This document shows positions 14,130-26,884 of a stretch of 64,000 nt of DNA, piece by piece. Position 1 is the first letter of the stretch. The number at the start of each line of letters is the position of its first letter. A program made the position numbers and the translations under genes. A model generated the notes under the pieces. That model was given only the letters and a program-made list of their open reading frames with translations, ran no database searches and was not told the DNA's origin. Location of the stretch: assembly GCA_964016885.1 (NCBI GenBank), contig OZ024743.1, forward strand, positions 229,214,001 to 229,278,000. The letters run 5' to 3'. Source of the DNA: Eledone cirrhosa (lineage: Eukaryota).

Positions 14130-14300
14130 GTCCATTATTCAGGATCTTCTTGCTATAGATACAGCTCTAATTGTCCACAATGAGTCAACCTTGCAAGAAT
14201 TACTGACATGCTTTCCTTAGATCAGCACAAAGATGACATATCATAAGGAAACATTGCTCCTGTGTTGATATATACGTAAATAAGACGGTTATTGCTCCAA
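14130..14300 (+). pseudogene. Degenerate RTE reverse-transcriptase fragment
   Basis: Translates IQDLLAIDTALIVHNESTLQELLTCF, resembling the RTE motif IRDLLFADDAAL.AH.E..LQ.L...F with a decayed catalytic site. Confidence 0.5.
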
Positions 14301-14680
14301 TCTGTCACCAAAACACACTAAACCAAATGCCAACCTGCACTCATGACTCCTGCAAAACCAAACAATGACCCACCCTCCAAATTTGGCAAACCGAATTCAG
14401 ACCGCCCACCTTCCCAAACTCAGAATATACAGAGCCAGATTAAATACTGCAAAGCATATTGTCCACTATAATGCTTGCAGATTACATGTTTTAGCAGGTT
14501 TTCTTCATTTGTTTTTTCTTTTGTTTTTAAGACAAATGTGCCAATGCATGCTACTTTGAAATGTATGCATTTAATTATTATTTTGTTCTGGTTAATGAGT
14601 TATTCAGTGTAAAAGACACTCGATATGTTTATGGGATGCCTATTGAGAATTGTTACATTATAAATGATATATTATAAATG

Positions 14681-14732
<52 letters not shown>

Positions 14733-14738
14733 CATATA

Positions 14739-14784
<46 letters not shown>

Positions 14785-15194
14785 TGTATATATGGTTGTA
14801 TTATTAAATGATATATATATATATTTATATACATATATGACTGTTAAATAGTGTTGCATCCTAAATAGCTCAGTGGTTTTGTTTTATTTGGTGCAATTGT
14901 TAGCCTGCTGTTTTGAGAGCTGGGATTTTAGTTTGTTTATGTATAGTTGCAGTCAATGTGCCTCTTATACATTAGAAAAATAGAATTAAAAAGATAACGT
15001 AGGATACTAGAATAACTACTAGAAATTTTGTTGTTGAGAATGTACTGACTGAATATGGTGCATGATAACAGAATTTTAACAAAAACGAATCAATGTCCCA
15101 TTCAGGTTGTGACCCAAGATGGTCATAGTTTATTGACTTAAGCCAGTAAAACAATATCATTGTAGCAATGGCATAATGTACATAAATAGTAAGG

Positions 15195-15720
15195 CAGCTG
15201 ACACTCATCCTCTCAAGGAAGCCTGTGCAATGCACTCTACATGTGAATGAAGTTCCACTGAAGCAGGTGGAGAAGTTCAAGTATCTTGGGGCCGTGTTCA
15301 CAAGTGATGGAAGGCAGGAGGCTGAATTAAGTACAAGAATTGCAGGTGATGGTGAGTATTGCATGAACTTCAGCATTCGGTAATCAGAAGAAGGGAGGTA
15401 GGTGTAAAAGCCAAACTCGCTATCTTCAATTTGGTATTCGTGCAACCCTTTCCTATGGTCATGAATCTTGTGTAGTACCCGAAAGAATACAATCACGAAT
15501 GCAAGCAACCGAAATGGGGTTCCCCAGAAAAGTCTTTGGAGTAAAGTTACATCAGTGAATCACTACAGGCAGAGCTGCTACTTCTTTGAATTGACTGATC
15601 ACAGCTCTGATACTATGGGCATGTGGTTAGAATGTCTCAGAAAAGATCTGCTGGTCAGATTTTATTGACAAAACCAACTGGCAGGAGATCCAGAAGAAGT
15701 TGATGCAATCATCTGATGGA
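15195..15720 (+). pseudogene. Frameshifted RTE-1 (Expander/Rex3-like) RT C-terminal fragment
   Basis: Translates PVQCTLHVNEVPLKQVEKFKYLGAVFTSDGRQEAELSTRIA, then (after frameshifts) KAKLAIFNLVFV, TLSYGHES and RMQATEMGF. Confidence 0.85.
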
Positions 15721-18424
15721 GAAAACAAAATACTTGATCGAAATAAGATAACAAATATGGAAAGAACCAATCATCAATGTTTCCATTAGTCTTTCCATTG
15801 CTGTTAATAACTGCAACTACTGTCCAAAAAGGAGATAAAGTCTTTTGCTCTGGAAAACAATATGCTGCCTAGTCCAGGAATTGAACCCACAAACTTATTA
15901 ACATTAGTCCATATCTTAGCCACTAGCATCTATTGTTGAAGAAAATTAAGTGTTATTACTTCTTTTACAAAATGTTCTTTATTTAAGAAGAGAGTATATA
16001 TAGTTTACAGAACCAATTCAACTTTATACCATATTATCAGTACTTATTTCAATAAACTACAATATAAAATGCTTAATACCCCATTTTATCCTATTTCAAT
16101 ATATATTCCTGTAAGCTTACATTGACCAGGTAGACAAACATCTGATCTTTCTAATTTTTAATTCCCATCTGTTTTTGTGTTTTTTTCTAACTATATTTAA
16201 TTTAATTTAGTAATGTTGCATATCCCAATGAATTTTTTTCAGTTTATTCTTTTATAGCATCTATCTTTACTACTCAAAATGTAAAATAAGTATAAAATAA
16301 AGATAATCTCTTACTGCCATACATTATCTCTCTCATTTTCTCTGAGACACATACGTATATACATACGTTGGTGCATACATACATACATACATACAGATAT
16401 ATGTACATACATACATACAGAGTAAATCAGCCTTCTGTATAAAGAACAATTTTCTTTGAAGTCAATAGAAATAAATAGAAATTCTTAAAACATTTTCCAG
16501 TTAATACAAAATCCGACTACAATGCAACCATCATTGCCATTCAATCCATTATATTGACTGGATAACTGAAACTTACTCTATTAATTCAAGTGAAGATATC
16601 ACACACAACATTCCATAGTGTCTGAGCATCATTGACTACAGGCATTTCATAACATAAGTTAATTTTACTGATAGAAGAAAGTAATCAGAATGAAGCAACT
16701 TAGAATCACCAGGAGTTTGATTTGGGAACAGGACAACTAGATTTTAATTAAAAGATTCACAATGAATAAAGTATCAAATCTTCTTGGATGAAAAGTCAAA
16801 AATATGTCAGTCATCATTGGCACTGTACTGTGTTGATCCAGGGATAGGGCACAAATCATTATAGGGGTCTACTTATATATCAGAAAAATAGTGAGACAGA
16901 GTTAAAAATGAAGGGAGAAGAGGGTGGGATAGAAAGTTGGTACAGAGAGAGATAGAAAATTAGTACAGAGTGAAAGAGTGGGGGAAAAGATGGGAGACAG
17001 AGGGAGAAGAAAAGAGAGAGAGAGAACAATATAGTAGAGCGCCAAATTAGAAATTGCTTAGTAGTTTGGTATGCTAGACATCTGAGATTAAATCTTCCTT
17101 TAAGATGACATTTAAAATTAATAAAACAATGGTCAATTTTCTCATACTGCTGTTTACATCAATACAAAACTACTTAGAGCTAAGAAAATTTAGTCGTAAC
17201 TTTTCATTGTCAGATTTCTAATAGAATTATTTACCTATAATTTTCAAATAATTTGAAAAATAATCAAAAATTTTGAATGATTTAGTAATATATAACTTTC
17301 CCATTATTATGTTAACGTTTAGAATATTAGATAAAGTTTCTAACATAAAATGTATTTTGGGATGGTTTTATATAAATATAAACACTTTAAAATAGGCAAT
17401 TTCATATCAGAGCCATGAGCCATTTCAGGTAGTTTGGTATTAAAAGAGTTAAATATATCCTCCCCATGAGCTCAACATGGTAGCACTGGTGTGATTGTTA
17501 GTTACTGCGCTGACATAGCCATTCATACTCTAAAATTAAAAATAACCACCAGGATTTTTCTTGGCAAAATGACCTACAATAGAATATTATCCCCCCAAAA
17601 TATTGGTCTCTGAAAAACACATAGAATATTTATTTCAGAGCTTCATTTTGTACCTTTTGGCAATATTTATTTAGTTTAAGAAAGATTCTGTGAAATGTGG
17701 CTATATGAGGTTAGCAGCTGATTATTTCTCTACACATTGTTCCAAAATTAATCTGTCTCTCTCTCCCTCTTTCTACCCCCCCCCCCCCACACACACACAC
17801 CATATATTCTAATCATAAAGGTGTGTGGCTTCACGTTTAGGGTGCTTAACTTATGGTTTTAAGGTTGTGAATTTGATTCAGCAAGACACTCAATTTCGCA
17901 TTACTTCAGCCTCCTCAGCTGGCAAAATTGAATTGTACCAAATGGTCAGTCTTGTCATTGTGCCATGCTGAATTTTCATGAAAACTATATTAAAGTTGCA
18001 TTTGTATGCAGAATGCCTAGACGCTTGCATGTTAATTTCACATACAGATATGTTATATTGTTTGAACAACTGGAATACTCCCCGTTGGAACCAACGCAGG
18101 TCCAACACTCGCATCCAACTTTGTACATTACAATGTGCTCTTTCTAATACAAGACACATTAAATGCCTGACTAGATTTTCCTGAATTTTAGGTACTTATC
18201 CAGTACTGAGAAGCTAAGTTTTAGGAAAATCATTCAATTGTAAAACAACTGGATCAAATAATAATTCATTAAAATGTTGAAATTTACAAAGCATTTCAAC
18301 TCATGCTGAAACAAAAGTGAGCAACAAAAATATTTGCCACTTTTGTGATTATAGGCATTTAACCACCAAAAGAATAAATAAAAATAAATAAATTAAAATG
18401 AATAATTTCTTCTTTTATTCTTTT

Positions 18425-18775
18425 ATTGGTTTCAGTCACTAGACTGCAATCGTACTGTGGCACTGCCTTAATTCAGTTGTTCATATCAAACCCAGTACTT
18501 ATCTTATCAAAACTGGTGGTATGTCTTTTATCTATCCCCATTTTCTTGAGCCACTGTGTTATGGCACATACACAGACATTTTAACATAGGATAGCATTAA
18601 CACAGACACACATACACATGTGATGGGCTTCTGCAGTTTCTATCTATTGAATTCCACTCATGAGGCATTGAGCTTGAGGTTATAATCGATGATACTTTCC
18701 CAAGGTGCTGCACAGCAAGACTGAACCCAGAACAATTTGGTTGTGAAGCAAACTCCTTAATTACACAGCAATACC
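18425..18775 (-). mobile_element. tRNA-headed SINE with internal (CA)n tract (third SINE family)
   Basis: Minus strand: GCTGTGTAATTAAGG..GGGTTCAGTC..CACCTTGGGAAAG..GAAACTGCAGAAGCCCATC then a CA/TG tract. Related copies at about 24240-24400, 28543-28687, 41315-41460, 43360-43650 and 48250-48585. Confidence 0.7.
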
Positions 18776-18832
18776 TTCATTAGTATTATAATGAAACAAC
18801 TTTAATATCTTTCTTCAAATTGATTGCCATAT

Positions 18833-19045
18833 GTGGATTGGCAGTATTGATAGAGTGTCAGATAGAGTGTCAGTATTGATAGAGTTATGGCCCTCTACGT
18901 TCTGAGTTCAAATCCAACTGAGGTTAGCTTTGCCTTACATCCTTACGGAGTCGATAAAATAAAACACCAGTAATGACACTGGTGTCGATTTAATCGACTT
19001 TCCCCTCCCCTTCAAATTGCTGGCCTTGTGTCTAAAGTAGAAACA
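18833..19045 (+). mobile_element. SINE, Meta/MESC-like core family
   Basis: TTCTGAGTTCAAATCC..GCCTTACATCCTTACGGAGTCGATAAAATAAAACACCAG..GCTGGCCTTGTG..AAAGTAGAAAC then (ATT)n. Confidence 0.8.
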
Positions 19046-19079
19046 ATTATTATTATTATTATAATAATACATCTAGTTA

Positions 19080-19273
19080 AGGTGGTGAATTAGCAGAATC
19101 GGTGGAGGGTTGGACACCATGCTTTGCAGCATAGAGTTACGGTCCTTTATGTTCTGAGTTCAAATCCCACTGAGGTTAACTTTGCCTTTCATCCTTACGA
19201 GGTAGATAAAATAAAGTACCAGTAATGCACTGAGATAATTGCTGGCCTTGTACCAAAAGTAGAAATAATTATT
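19080..19273 (+). mobile_element. SINE, Meta/MESC-like core family (tandem neighbour)
   Basis: Same family as 18833-19045 and 23995-24167. Confidence 0.8.
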
Positions 19274-21649
19274 ATATATTTAGTTGGCACTGTGGGACAT
19301 TTCCTTCAACAACTGTTGAATAGAGATTCCAATGATTTTAGCATCTCTTGAGTGTATCATTCTTTCCAGAGGTGCTAATCAGCATAAATGCTACCAGGGA
19401 AATCTTCAGGGTGTCTTGGCCTACACTGTAGTATTTTTTTTATTTTCATCACCCATGCTGCTGTAACCACTTCAGTCCTCTAATGTTTATTCCTTACCAA
19501 GGATTTGTTCTTTGCCCTCAGCATTGGTCTTTCTCTTAAATACTTCTTTCATAGAAAGGATCACCATTCTACTGACCATTCTAAGTTGAATACAAGCCAG
19601 ATGAGACATATAGGATCTAGAGGATCATGACATCTGACCATTACTGGAAGCATCATGCACTGCCATTTTTGCATCTTACATGATTCTGTAATTCTTGATA
19701 CCAAGCCACATGAAACCACCCCTGGTTCAATGATAGAAAACTATTCGTTTTTTTTAGAATGCTACTTTATTTCATGTAAGAATCCTTGTTACACCAATTT
19801 AATAATGAGAAAGTTATATAATACTGAATCCTTTCAAATTCTTGATTAATTCTAATTTCAAAATTAGTTGTAAATCATAGGCAGATTCTTTCATTTTAAA
19901 TATGATAATACAAGTGTTAAGTCCTTATAGACTGTTAAAATTTTAAAATTTCTCTTCATAGTAGACTGAAAAATATCACTTATTTTTTTTAAAGAATCTT
20001 AGTTTTAGGTCTTAGATTGAGAAGGACAAACTAGATTAAGTTGCAACAGATTAAAATAAAGATATTCCGTCAATATGCTTTTTTTTAATCTTTCTTTTTT
20101 TTTCTTCCTTATGAGATGCGGCAACAGAAGGAATACAAACCCATAGCCTGAAAGCATATAAAACATTGCTTTCAGCACAGGACCAAAAGGTCAGCAGAGC
20201 TGGTTGAATAATATCAGTATTTGTTCAGAGTTAGTAAAAGCAAAACCTGAATAGTCTATAATTGCTCATAGAAAACTCTAAGTTGCTTGGCTTAGTACAC
20301 CAAACAACAAGGTAGAATTATAAATGAACATATAAACTATTTTAAGAATACACAAAAACAAAAACAACAAAAACAAAGAACATTGCTGTTAGTGTTCTAT
20401 TGCCACGAAAATGCTGTTTTTTCCCTTAAATTTTACTAAGCAGAGTTTCAATTATTGTAATTCATTTACATTTTGTTATCATATCAATGTTCTATTGTTG
20501 GGACAAATGTGCCAAAAGCTTAAATCTTCAATCATCATTCGAAACTTTAAAGTTTTCTTGAGAAAATAACATTAACAATTAATTATGTTTCCCTATACCT
20601 GAGCATTTCAAATGAAAGCCTCACAATCACCTTAATGTGCTGTTTTCATCTAAGACATGTGTCTAGCCAGGTGATAACTACCTTTTTATCCTATACTAAG
20701 TTGAGAAATCAGTGATTTAATTCTTTGTGGAAAGTTTTCCTTGCATAACTAAATGAACTAGTAATACCTTTCTAACATTAATTGTATTAAGATTGATGGA
20801 ATTTGTAGATGCCACCCTACATTTTTAAGCCTCCTATGCCTATTCAATTAGTGCTTTCATTACAATTTTGGCAATGAATGTTCCATTTGTTCAATCAATG
20901 AAACAGCTTACTCAAGAAATTCATTTACAAGTGGTTGAGTATTCCACAGACACATGTACCCTTAATGTAATTTTCAGTGAGATTCAGTATAACAGTGTGT
21001 GGCAAGGCTGGCCTTTTAAATTATAGGTACAGTTCTATCAACTTGCCCAAGATGCCATGCAATGGGATTGTACCCAGGATCTAATGATAGCAAAGCTAAC
21101 CACTTAACCAGATATGCTGTATGTTTTAAACAGTTATCATTGACAGGACACTCTCAAAAGTGGTAGTGCTGGCGCCATGATAAAATGCATTCTGTAATGT
21201 CATGATAAAATGCACCAAGTGCACTCTTGCCAAAATGGAGTATATGAGCACAGCCTGGTTCACAGACTCATCAAGTTTTGGACTATGACAGGCCATCCAA
21301 CCCATGCCAGCATGGAAAGTGGATGAAAATTATTGTGCTGCAAATATTTCAGTATCAACAGTGATCTCAGATCAACTCACTCACTTGCTAAGCAGGTACA
21401 ATTCCACAACAATCTACTTTAATATTCTGGAAATCTAAGCTATATCTATTGAAGCGTATGCTGCATGTTCATTAATAATTTCTTATCCAGGTTCTGAAGT
21501 AGATCTAGTGTTTGCTTATGTTGAGTGTTTTCTTAATTGAATTCTTTCTGTATTGAAGGTAAAAGAATGACTATGTATTCACAACATAACTGAATAGAGA
21601 TAATGGCCAGGCAGAGATGATGACTACTTTTGACTATGGAGTGAATATA

Positions 21650-21727
<78 letters not shown>

Positions 21728-22349
21728 TTATGTGTATACAGCCTCTTAATAGTCTGGCCAAATGTGTTAGTAATAGCGATCAATAAAACAACAGCACTCC
21801 ATCTAATGCACAAATCGAAAAGGAAATGAAATTGTTTCATTTGTTTGAGGCTTGTTTCATTTCCCAGCTTTTATAAAATGTCTTAATCTATCTAACATCT
21901 CAGAAGAGATATTTTTACTACCAACTTCAATGGTTCATAGATTTAAGATTCATGTTTGAAATGAAAAATGAAATTTACAGCTCACAACTATGCAAGTTTA
22001 GCAGGCTTCCTATGAGATTGTATCCCATAAGATATTTCTCATATGTTTTAACATCAGGGACCCCAGTTTTATCATGAAGACAATGTAAAATTTATGCATC
22101 TTGACCCAGAACAATGCACTGCCCAGTCCAGGAATCAAACCTATGACCCCATGATTGTGAGTCCCAATCCTAACCATTAGCTTATGTTCGAATCAGTTTC
22201 CAGTTTATTCCTACATAAAACAAATATTGATGAAATAAAAAGATGTTGACAAGCCAATGAGAAAGCCTCTATGATGTCAAAATTAACTAGATAGAAATAG
22301 TGGTAAAATGTTCCTCAAACTACACACTGGTGTTATATATCATCAAGAT

Positions 22350-22757
22350 CATCATTTAACATCCATTTTCCAAGCATGGATTAGATGGGTTGTCCCATTT
22401 GATGCAAATTGGGTCAGGTGACTGTGTCTTGCTCATATAGAACTATTTCTGGCTAAGTTTCTATGGCTGGATGCCCTTCTTAACACTAACCACATTTACA
22501 GTGTGTGCTGGATGCTTTTTGCTGTGACTCCTACATGGCAAGTTTACAGTATGGGCTCAGTATGGGTGGATGATTTTTTGTTGTGATACCAATATAATTT
22601 TACAGTGTATGGGTGATGTGGACAGAAGTGGGTGGGTGTTGGGGCAGGGGGTCTATGGAACGGGGTATTGTAGTTAAGAGGTGCCTACTAGATGTATGTT
22701 TAAGTTCATGCCTGTGAGAAGGCATGTCTTCTGTATTACTGCATAACGCCAAAGATC

Positions 22758-22760
<3 letters not shown>
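22350..22760 (-). mobile_element. Degenerate RTE LINE 3' UTR
   Basis: CATCATTTAACATCC tail, TTTCTATGGCTGGATGCCCTT..AACCACATTTACAGTGTG block and GTCTTCTGTATTACTG, colinear with 44370-44790. Confidence 0.7.
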
Positions 22761-22798
<38 letters not shown>

Positions 22799-23313
22799 AC
22801 TCAAGGTAAACATTTATGCAATTCAATTCAAGCACTCAACGTACTTATTCCACATAGGAGTGACGGAGTAAATATCGAATAAGGAAAAGCGAAGTAGTTT
22901 CAGATGTTCAAGTCCTTTAATAATAATGCTGTGATATATATTTCAATGGCGACAGTGGCCACACTGTTCCGTGCACCAGTTTCTTTTTGGTTTTGTTGTG
23001 ATGGAAATTCTAACTATGCACCTGCCTAACTACTACCTTTCATACTGTAATTTACCCTTCGTTCTACTGTACGGTACTATCGTTCAGTATGTAGATAATA
23101 TATCTGTAACATTAACACCCCTTTCAAAACTTCTTACTTAAACATCTCCCTACGTAGTATAGTATAGGTGCACATATTTTTTTACTCACTTCAGTCTAGA
23201 TTCTCACTTGTAAATTTTTTTTTATTTTTAATTTTTGATTTCTGATTTTCGATTTTTGATTTTTAGTTTTAATTTCCAACTCTCATTCATAATTTCCACT
23301 GTGAAACCATAAT

Positions 23314-23494
23314 TGTTTCTACTTTTGGCACAAGGCCAGCAATTACCCAGTGTATTACTGGTACTTTATTTTATCGACCCCGTAAGGATGAAAGGCAAAG
23401 TCAACCTCGGCGGGATTTGAACTCAGAATGGCAAGGGCCGTAACTCTATGCGTCAAAGCATGGCGTCCGACCCTCTACCGATACTGCCAATCCA
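23314..23494 (-). mobile_element. Young SINE (Meta/MESC-like core) with 13-bp TSD
   Basis: TSD GTGAAACCATAAT at 23301-23313 and 23495-23507. Confidence 0.92.
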
Positions 23495-23902
23495 GTGAAA
23501 CCATAATACCTAGAATTAAGTATATTTTCTCTTAGAGGTTGATGGTCAATTATACTGTCCATGCTTAATGTGGGGTGGTATTGAGACCTATTGATACTCA
23601 CACTCTCCCAACCCCACTGGCTTTCGGCTGACTGCCACTGACAGGGTGGCTAGCAGTAAGCTATATATTACAGGCCTGAATATGTCATTGTTTGGTTGAG
23701 AGGGGGAACTGCCTAGGCGAATTTCGTTGAACTCTGCGGTAGCTAATGGTCAACTTCCTTCGGACCTGCATCTGTGCAGACCGGTGGGGGTGAATTGGTA
23801 CTCACAAGGGAACGGATGAAGAACCCAGGAGCACACACTTCGTCCGTTCCCATGTCGATTCAATTTGGATTGCCTCGGAAACATAACTTTATTATGTAAC
23901 AA

Positions 23903-23976
23903 GCTATCTGATGATGTCGTGGAACTGGTGCACGGAACAGTGTGGCTACTGTCGCCATTGAAATATATATCACAGC
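23903..23976 (+). ncRNA. Type I hammerhead ribozyme-like motif with long stem II (partly degenerate)
   Basis: GCTAT-CTGATGA(23908-23914)-[45 nt, TGTCG..CGCCA base]-GAAA(23960-23963)-TATATA-TC-ACAGC. Palindromic minimal stem III; stem I pairs 4/5. Confidence 0.6.
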
Positions 23977-23994
23977 ATTATTATTAAAGGACTT

Positions 23995-24167
23995 CAGTAT
24001 CGGTAGAGGGTCGGACGCCATGCTTTGACGCATAGAGTTACGGCCCTTGCCATTCTGAGTTCAAATCCCGCCGAGGTTAACTTTGCCTTTCATCCTTATG
24101 GGGTCGATAAAATAAAGTACCAGTAATACACTGGGTAATTGCTGGCCTTGTGCCAAAAGTAGAAACA
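23995..24167 (+). mobile_element. Young SINE (Meta/MESC-like core) with up to 18-bp TSD
   Basis: ATTATTATTAAAGGACTT at 23977-23994 and 24168-24185; only 2 differences seen from the inverted copy at 23314-23494. Confidence 0.92.
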
Positions 24168-25208
24168 ATTATTATTAAAGGACTTGAACATCTGAAACTA
24201 CTTCGTTTTTCCTTATTCTATATATAGATATATACACACATGCGATAGTCTTCTAAAGTTTTTGCCTTTGAAATTTCACTCAGAAGGCATTGGTCAACCC
24301 AAGGTGATAGTAGAAAATACTTGCCTAAGGTGCTATACAGTGGAAATGAACGTGAAACCTCATGGTTGTGAACTGAACTTCTTAACTATAAGGCCATGCC
24401 ATATAGATATAAATAAAGTTATCTGAGGAGTTTATTGACAATAAGATCGAAAAATGGGGAAGAAAAATGACAATAAATCATAAAAGTACCAAAGAAACTG
24501 GTTTTCTTCTTTCTGAACAGCTAAGAGAAAATCTGAACTTGTATGTTTTCTTGTAGAAACCAGCAGCCAAACAAGTGAACCATGCCATATCATATGAAGA
24601 AAAAGATATTGAATAAGAAACGGTATGATTAATTATCTAGAGGTTCATTTTGTTACAACAGAGAGTAGAGTCAATAATGCATCATCACCATGACAACAGT
24701 TACATTGTAACTACTATAACCAACTGAAATAGAGAATCTATTATTATTATTATTATGGACACCAACAGCACAGATATTTACTTCTCTCTCTCTCTACCTC
24801 TCCCCCAACAATGTTGTCTATACAAGAAGGTAATTGTATTTAGAATAAGAAAAATGACATCTGTAAACAATGAGATGTACAGTTAGTGAATTCAAGACAA
24901 ACTAGAGTTGGTAGGGAGTGGAGGCTATGAGGTAGTGAGGAAAACTAACGAAGACAGACCAGAGAGAAAAGACTGAACAGAGCAATAGAGATGTATGACC
25001 CCCACCACCTACTTTCCAGAAGACAGAAAAACTGAAGGGAAGATATATAAGAAGATAAAATGAAATGAAAAAATGTAAAAAGAAGAGAAAAAGTGAATGT
25101 AAGAAGAGGAAAAGAATAAAAAACAGAAATGTAAAGAAAAAAATAAGAGGAAATGTGAAAGGATTACGATAACAGGAAGTGAGATAATGTAGATGGCATA
25201 GATTACAT

Positions 25209-25466
25209 CAGTGGGTCTCAACCTTTTCATTACTAAGGACCCTTTTAATTTTAATGAATTTGTCTATGGTCCCCTAATAACTTCACTCCTACATGACTAT
25301 GTAGCAAAAATAATAATTGAAACAAAATGAGAAATATTTATATTTAGAGAAGAAGCTATACCTAATAGTGTGTGTATATTGCTTTTCACAAGTTATTTGA
25401 AATGTTGAACTTAGCTTACAAACCCCATCAGTTTTACTTTTACAGATCCCAGGTTGGGAACTGCTG
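25209..25466. mobile_element. hAT (Charlie-type) MITE
   Basis: Imperfect TIRs CAGTGGGTCTCAACCT / AGGTTGGGAACTGCTG; TSD decayed. Confidence 0.7.
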
Positions 25467-25918
25467 TGTTAGAGCACCACAGGGTTAGAAAAGGAGTGTT
25501 GAATATGGCTGATAAACTAAGTAGAGAGTAAAAAGAGAGAAAGAGACGGATAATTATTTTCAAGGCTTTTTCTTTATTGAGCTTGTACTCATCAATATTA
25601 TGCATAAACATGTTCAAAGTGATTATGTCTAAAAAATCTTATTCTTGGTTCTTCACTTATATAAAATGCAAAACAAGGCCACACAGACCAAAAGATTTTT
25701 TTCTAAACAGAATTATTTAGATCCTCTCAGAACAAGCGATTTGGGAACCTACTCAATAATTCCTTTATTTTCTTTTAATTCTGAGTATGTTTAGGCACTA
25801 TCTTGATTTAGTTGATCATATCAACCCCCAAAATTTATTTTCCTCAAGTTGTGTACTCTTTTTGTCGAACTTCTAAGTTATGAGACATAAACAAAGACTC
25901 AAATAGAAGCATGCACAC

Positions 25919-26302
25919 GTTGTCTACAAATGTAAGGTTGTAACACCCACGTCCCGTAGGGCCTACATAGGGTTAACCGCCAATAGTTTCAAGCAGCGTC
26001 TTTACATGCATACCCATTCTTTTCGTTACCCTCTAAGAAGGAATATGACGTCACTTTCAGCTTATATCTGGAGTCTAAAAGACAACCACACCCAATATAA
26101 GTTACACTGGGAGATCCTAGCTGGGTCTAGATCGTATAACGGAAATAAAAGACCATGTAACCTCTGCGCCGCCGAGGCCCTGGAAATACTCTACGCTACA
26201 GACCACATCTTAAACAAAAAATCTGAGGCAATTTCGGCTTGTAAACATAAATTGCACAAAACTTTCCTGTATTACAGCCCCACGTTATACCCTAACGGAT
26301 AG
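25919..26302 (+). pseudogene. GIY-YIG endonuclease domain of a Penelope-like retroelement (5'-truncated, frame open)
   Basis: The frame extends upstream of the listed ORF: VVYKCKVVTPTSRRAYIGLTANSFKQRLYMH..TSLSAYIWSLKD..WEIL..CNLCAAE..LNKKSE..CKH. It has VVY/YIG, catalytic R, E and N, plus CxxC and CxH motifs. Confidence 0.88.
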
Positions 26303-26884
26303 CACGATCTATACGTGGATATTTTACGTCTTGATGTGGGAGCTAAGTATATGTTTTGTTTATTCCTTTACTTATTTGCATAGGTAAGTATATATTACCC
26401 GTATGTTTTGTGAAGGTATGTATACCTTCTCGTACGTATATTTGACTGTTATAGCGTATAATTTTTACATATTCTGGAATTTAGGGTTTGGCTATGTGTA
26501 TACGGGAGTTTTGCGTCCGCGTGAGTGTGCTGGTTCGTACGTATGGTGGGTGTGTGTATATGTGTACTTCTTGTTTTAGTTGACTTACGTCTCCGAACAT
26601 TCGTGTATTTATATGTAGGTATGCGTGTGCGCTTGTTATATACGTATTTATTTACTTATATACGTTTATATAATTATTTATTTATTTGTACACAAGCATA
26701 CACACACACACATATTTATATGTGCGTGGTTTTGTATACCCATGGTAAGGTTTTGCGTATGCTTGTGTATGTACGTATCTGTTTGCATGTATGTATTTAT
26801 TTGTTTCTATTACTTCTGTATTGTATTTATTTACTTTGTTCTTAACTCTGTAGCGGAGATTCATTTGGTCTCCTAGTTGGAATT

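Larger units (their letters stand above)
22796..24223 (+). mobile_element. Non-autonomous Penelope-like/retrozyme-type element 1 (inverted terminal segment plus tail, hammerhead-bearing), carrying two nested SINEs
   Basis: 22877-22983 is the reverse complement of 23922-23994 joined to 24186-24218 once the SINE is removed. The left copy has an extra ~80-nt tail. Flanked by (TA)n; hammerhead core at 23908-23971. Confidence 0.7.

Noticed and set aside
14972-15508. 178-aa minus-strand ORF
   Set aside because: Antisense to the + strand RTE fragment.
23808-23851. SECIS or terminator reading of the 14-bp hairpin
   Set aside because: ATGA is paired inside the stem with no GA quartet geometry, and bacterial terminators are irrelevant in this eukaryotic context; kept only as a generic structure.
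24422-24460. CTGAGGA..GAAA hammerhead-like spacing (similar cases at 8673-8705 and 63912-63965)
   Set aside because: No stem III/UH closure or no stem I/II pairing; consistent with chance.
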